36,798 bases of DNA. It comes from a virus (Duplodnaviria > Caudoviricetes). Location of the stretch: IMG/VR virus record IMGVR_UViG_3300005573_000186, positions 1-36,798 of that record. The stretch is one strand, 5' to 3'. Of this stretch, positions 34,788-36,798 are shown one piece after another. The notes beneath the pieces were generated by a model that did not search any database, had not been told where the DNA came from, and saw only the letters and a program-made list of their open reading frames with translations. How positions within the stretch are numbered: the first letter of the stretch is position 1; every line of letters begins with the position of its first letter. Made by a program: the position numbers and the translations under genes.

Positions 34788-35225
34788 ATGTACATCAAAA
34801 AAGGCAATATATTAACAATTAGCAAAGTTAAGGCTTTTTTAAATACAAAGGCGAAACTATCTCAAACTAATCTTGAATTTTACGCAGAACAATTTGTTTG
34901 GATTAACGATTTACTATTGAGTGGCAAAAAGAACTCGGTTTGTGGGATGCTTGAAAAAGCTCCCAAAACTCTTGATGGCGGTTATCATTACTATTCAATT
35001 ATTTATGTATCGCCAGACTTTGAAATTACCCGTGTCTGGATGCCAGGCATTGCGCGCTTCATCGGTGCGTATTGTTTAGAAAATAACAGAGAAAAAAGAG
35101 GCATTCCACTTTTCGGATTTAAGAGCAATGCAATTGGCATGTCTCGGCTATTAGATGCGACAGAGAAGTTTTTTAGAGTTTTAGAAGATATGGGCGGTTG
35201 CTATGCTCAAATTTCATTGCTTTAA
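34788..35225 (+). CDS. Hypothetical early protein
   Basis: 145-aa ORF after the promoter and GAGGAG. Confidence 0.8.
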   Translation: MYIKKGNILTISKVKAFLNTKAKLSQTNLEFYAEQFVWINDLLLSGKKNSVCGMLEKAPKTLDGGYHYYSIIYVSPDFEITRVWMPGIARFIGAYCLENNREKRGIPLFGFKSNAIGMSRLLDATEKFFRVLEDMGGCYAQISLL

Positions 35226-35240
35226 ATTTTCAGATTTTCC

Positions 35241-35266
35241 CCAGGGGGCCATGCTCCCTGGCTTTA
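35241..35266 (+). terminator. Probable intrinsic terminator
   Basis: CCAGGGGGC-CAT-GCTCCCTGG followed by CTTTAATCTT. Confidence 0.5.
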
Positions 35267-35379
35267 ATCTTCTATAAAAAAAGAAGAAGTGGGATTAAAA
35301 AGGAACAATTATTAAGATTTTTAAAACTTAAAGCAAAACGCATATTATGCAATTGAGCACAAAAAAGGAGGTAGGGGAA

Positions 35380-35844
35380 ATGAAGTTATTTACGTTCCAA
35401 GACGGGAAAGTAAAGCGTTATTTTGTCAGGAAGAACAACAAAATTGAGTTAACGAAAGACCGTTATATTGCCACACCAAATTGGTTCCCTGCTCATCTAA
35501 AATTTCCATACCATGTAAAACATATCAAACAAGGAATTTTGATATATGTTCACGGTGAGGATCAGTGGTATTTACTTCCTGAAGGTGGTGGTGACTTGAG
35601 AGACTTTTCTACACTTGTCATAGCTAAAGAAGTAACTCGGATTTGTAATCTAAGTGGCGTGGAAGTTGTCTATTCAAGTGATCTTCATCCCACATCAAAT
35701 TTGGGAGAGAAGAAAGTGTTTTTGTTGAAATTCGCCGTGAATGGTCATGTCATAATAGATAGGTGGTACGTGTTTTGGGATTATAAAGATCTTAACGTGA
35801 TTGACGTAGCATCATTACCTGAGAGTTTGCAACCAAAAGTATGA
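35380..35844 (+). CDS. Hypothetical early protein
   Basis: ATG 35380 follows AAGGAGGT. Confidence 0.75.
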   Translation: MKLFTFQDGKVKRYFVRKNNKIELTKDRYIATPNWFPAHLKFPYHVKHIKQGILIYVHGEDQWYLLPEGGGDLRDFSTLVIAKEVTRICNLSGVEVVYSSDLHPTSNLGEKKVFLLKFAVNGHVIIDRWYVFWDYKDLNVIDVASLPESLQPKV

Positions 35845-35875
35845 CATATGAAAATAAAAGAGAGGAGGATAAGCA

Positions 35876-35941
35876 ATGAAAATGTATTTTAGAAACAACA
35901 CTGATTACAAATCAACAAAAAGGAGGCAAGGAAATGAATAG
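35876..35941 (+). CDS. 21-aa micro-ORF (MKMYFRNNTDYKSTKRRQGNE)
   Basis: SD GAGGAGG. Overlaps the start of the next gene. Confidence 0.35.
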   Translation: MKMYFRNNTDYKSTKRRQGNE

Positions 35942-36434
35942 AAAATGGGAATTCGTAGGCGAGGTAGACAAGCCTGCCAGAAGGTGGCAAGAATGCTTCA
36001 GAATTTGGGGCGTAACTCCCAGGGCGAAATTTACTGCTACTTATCCACGCGGCAGCAAATCGTCTTATTTATGGAAAGTAACAGAGAACGGCCAAGAGCA
36101 ATACGCGCTCAGCAGTTGTGCTTATGCGCGTGGTCGCGTGCTTGTCTGCACTTTTTATCTGTTCACAAGCACAGACGTCAAGAAGATTGCTAAAATTTCA
36201 AATATCACCAAAACTGTGAGCATTGCAAAACACGTATTTTATCCACAACAAAAACAAATCCAGTGTCCGTTTTGCAAGGAAATTTTGTATTGTGCAGAAG
36301 AAGTTTCATTCACAAATTTTGTAATGCTGCGCATCTCAAATCCGTGTCCACACGCATCTATGTTTGCTGGCAAAAACCTAAAAACTGATAAGTATGACGT
36401 TCTTTTCCAGAAAACAGAAAATGTTGTTATATAA
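35934..36434 (+). CDS. Hypothetical early protein with a C-terminal Zn-binding motif
   Basis: CPFC...CPH. SD AAGGAGG. Confidence 0.75.
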   Translation: MNRKWEFVGEVDKPARRWQECFRIWGVTPRAKFTATYPRGSKSSYLWKVTENGQEQYALSSCAYARGRVLVCTFYLFTSTDVKKIAKISNITKTVSIAKHVFYPQQKQIQCPFCKEILYCAEEVSFTNFVMLRISNPCPHASMFAGKNLKTDKYDVLFQKTENVVI

Positions 36435-36461
36435 CCACACAAATGGGAAGGAGGTTTGAAA

Positions 36462-36521
36462 ATGTCAACAAGTAAGAAAGATTTTAAACGGTCCTCCTTT
36501 CTATTCTCAATCTTACCTTGA
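36462..36521 (+). CDS. 19-aa putative leader peptide (MSTSKKDFKRSSFLFSILP)
   Basis: SD AAGGAGGT 7 nt upstream. Runs through the 5' arm of a hairpin that sequesters the next SD. Confidence 0.45.
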   Translation: MSTSKKDFKRSSFLFSILP

Positions 36522-36553
36522 AAGATAAAAATTGAAATCAAAGGAGGAGCACT

Positions 36554-36798
36554 ATGCAATTTCAAAATTACTTAAAAGCAGGTTACCCTTGTTTGTGGGT
36601 TCAAACACATGAGGAAGGGAGAGCGATCTCTCAGCTCTCCCAGGAGGCTGAGGGTTATGCAATATACTCATGGGACCTCGTGGCAGGTCTCAAAGATCAC
36701 ACAAGCGGTCAGGTTCGCCAAATGCCTGATCCGCTCAAACCGTTGCAAGCAGTTTCAACATTGCCTGAAAGTTCGATTCTCTTTCTGAAAGACTTCCA
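36554..36798 (+). CDS. Ycf46-like AAA+ ATPase, N-terminal part (3'-truncated)
   Basis: MQFQNYLKAGYPCLWVQTHEEGRA...WDLVAGL...DPLKPL...ILFLKDF matches the Ycf46 N-terminal pattern. SD AAGGAGG. Not in the ORF track. Confidence 0.75.
   Translation, partial: MQFQNYLKAGYPCLWVQTHEEGRAISQLSQEAEGYAIYSWDLVAGLKDHTSGQVRQMPDPLKPLQAVSTLPESSILFLKDF

Larger units (their letters stand above)
1..36798. mobile_element. Tailed dsDNA bacteriophage (podovirus-like), partial or near-complete genome
   Basis: TerL, portal, scaffold, HK97-fold capsid, adaptor, nozzle, ejection proteins, fibre and lysis genes are colinear on the - strand. No tape measure, sheath, integrase or host housekeeping gene was seen. Confidence 0.96.

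Noticed and set aside
1-36798. Integrated prophage with att sites, tRNA genes, introns/inteins or a diversity-generating retroelement
   Set aside because: No integrase, host flank, cloverleaf, Hint motif in TerL or portal, reverse transcriptase, or TR/VR pair was seen by eye.

Overview
The whole window is a tailed dsDNA bacteriophage with podovirus-like architecture. It is probably most of a genome: both edges cut + strand early genes. Strong GGAGG Shine-Dalgarno sites, sigma70-type promoters and a GH108 endolysin indicate a bacterial host. Layout: (i) 727-5037 (-) recombination/replication operon (Cas4-like nuclease, initiator-like protein, RuvC-like resolvase, annealing protein, XRE-HTH/NadR-type kinase fusion); (ii) 5175-6869 (+) small divergent operon with a DUF1874/AcrIII-1-like gene that has lost its catalytic His; (iii) 6954-31879 (-) late operon (putative TerS, lysis genes, S74 tail fibre, GT2 glycosyltransferase, TerL, portal, scaffold, capsid, adaptor, nozzle, three ejection proteins, terminal PurD-like ATP-grasp ligase); (iv) about 2.9 kb non-coding control region at 31.9-34.8 kb, dense with repeats and palindromes; (v) + strand early genes ending in a truncated Ycf46-like AAA ATPase. 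Main leads: a 94-bp phased dyad element in three copies; a complete predicted antisense RNA unit over the initiator RBS; near-total absence of CTAG and CCGG except for one dense CTAG cluster and the tail fibre gene; a mosaic of operator-like palindromes; the catalytically altered AcrIII-1 homolog; and the ATP-grasp plus GT2 pair in the virion operon. All protein calls are motif recognition by eye. No database search was run.
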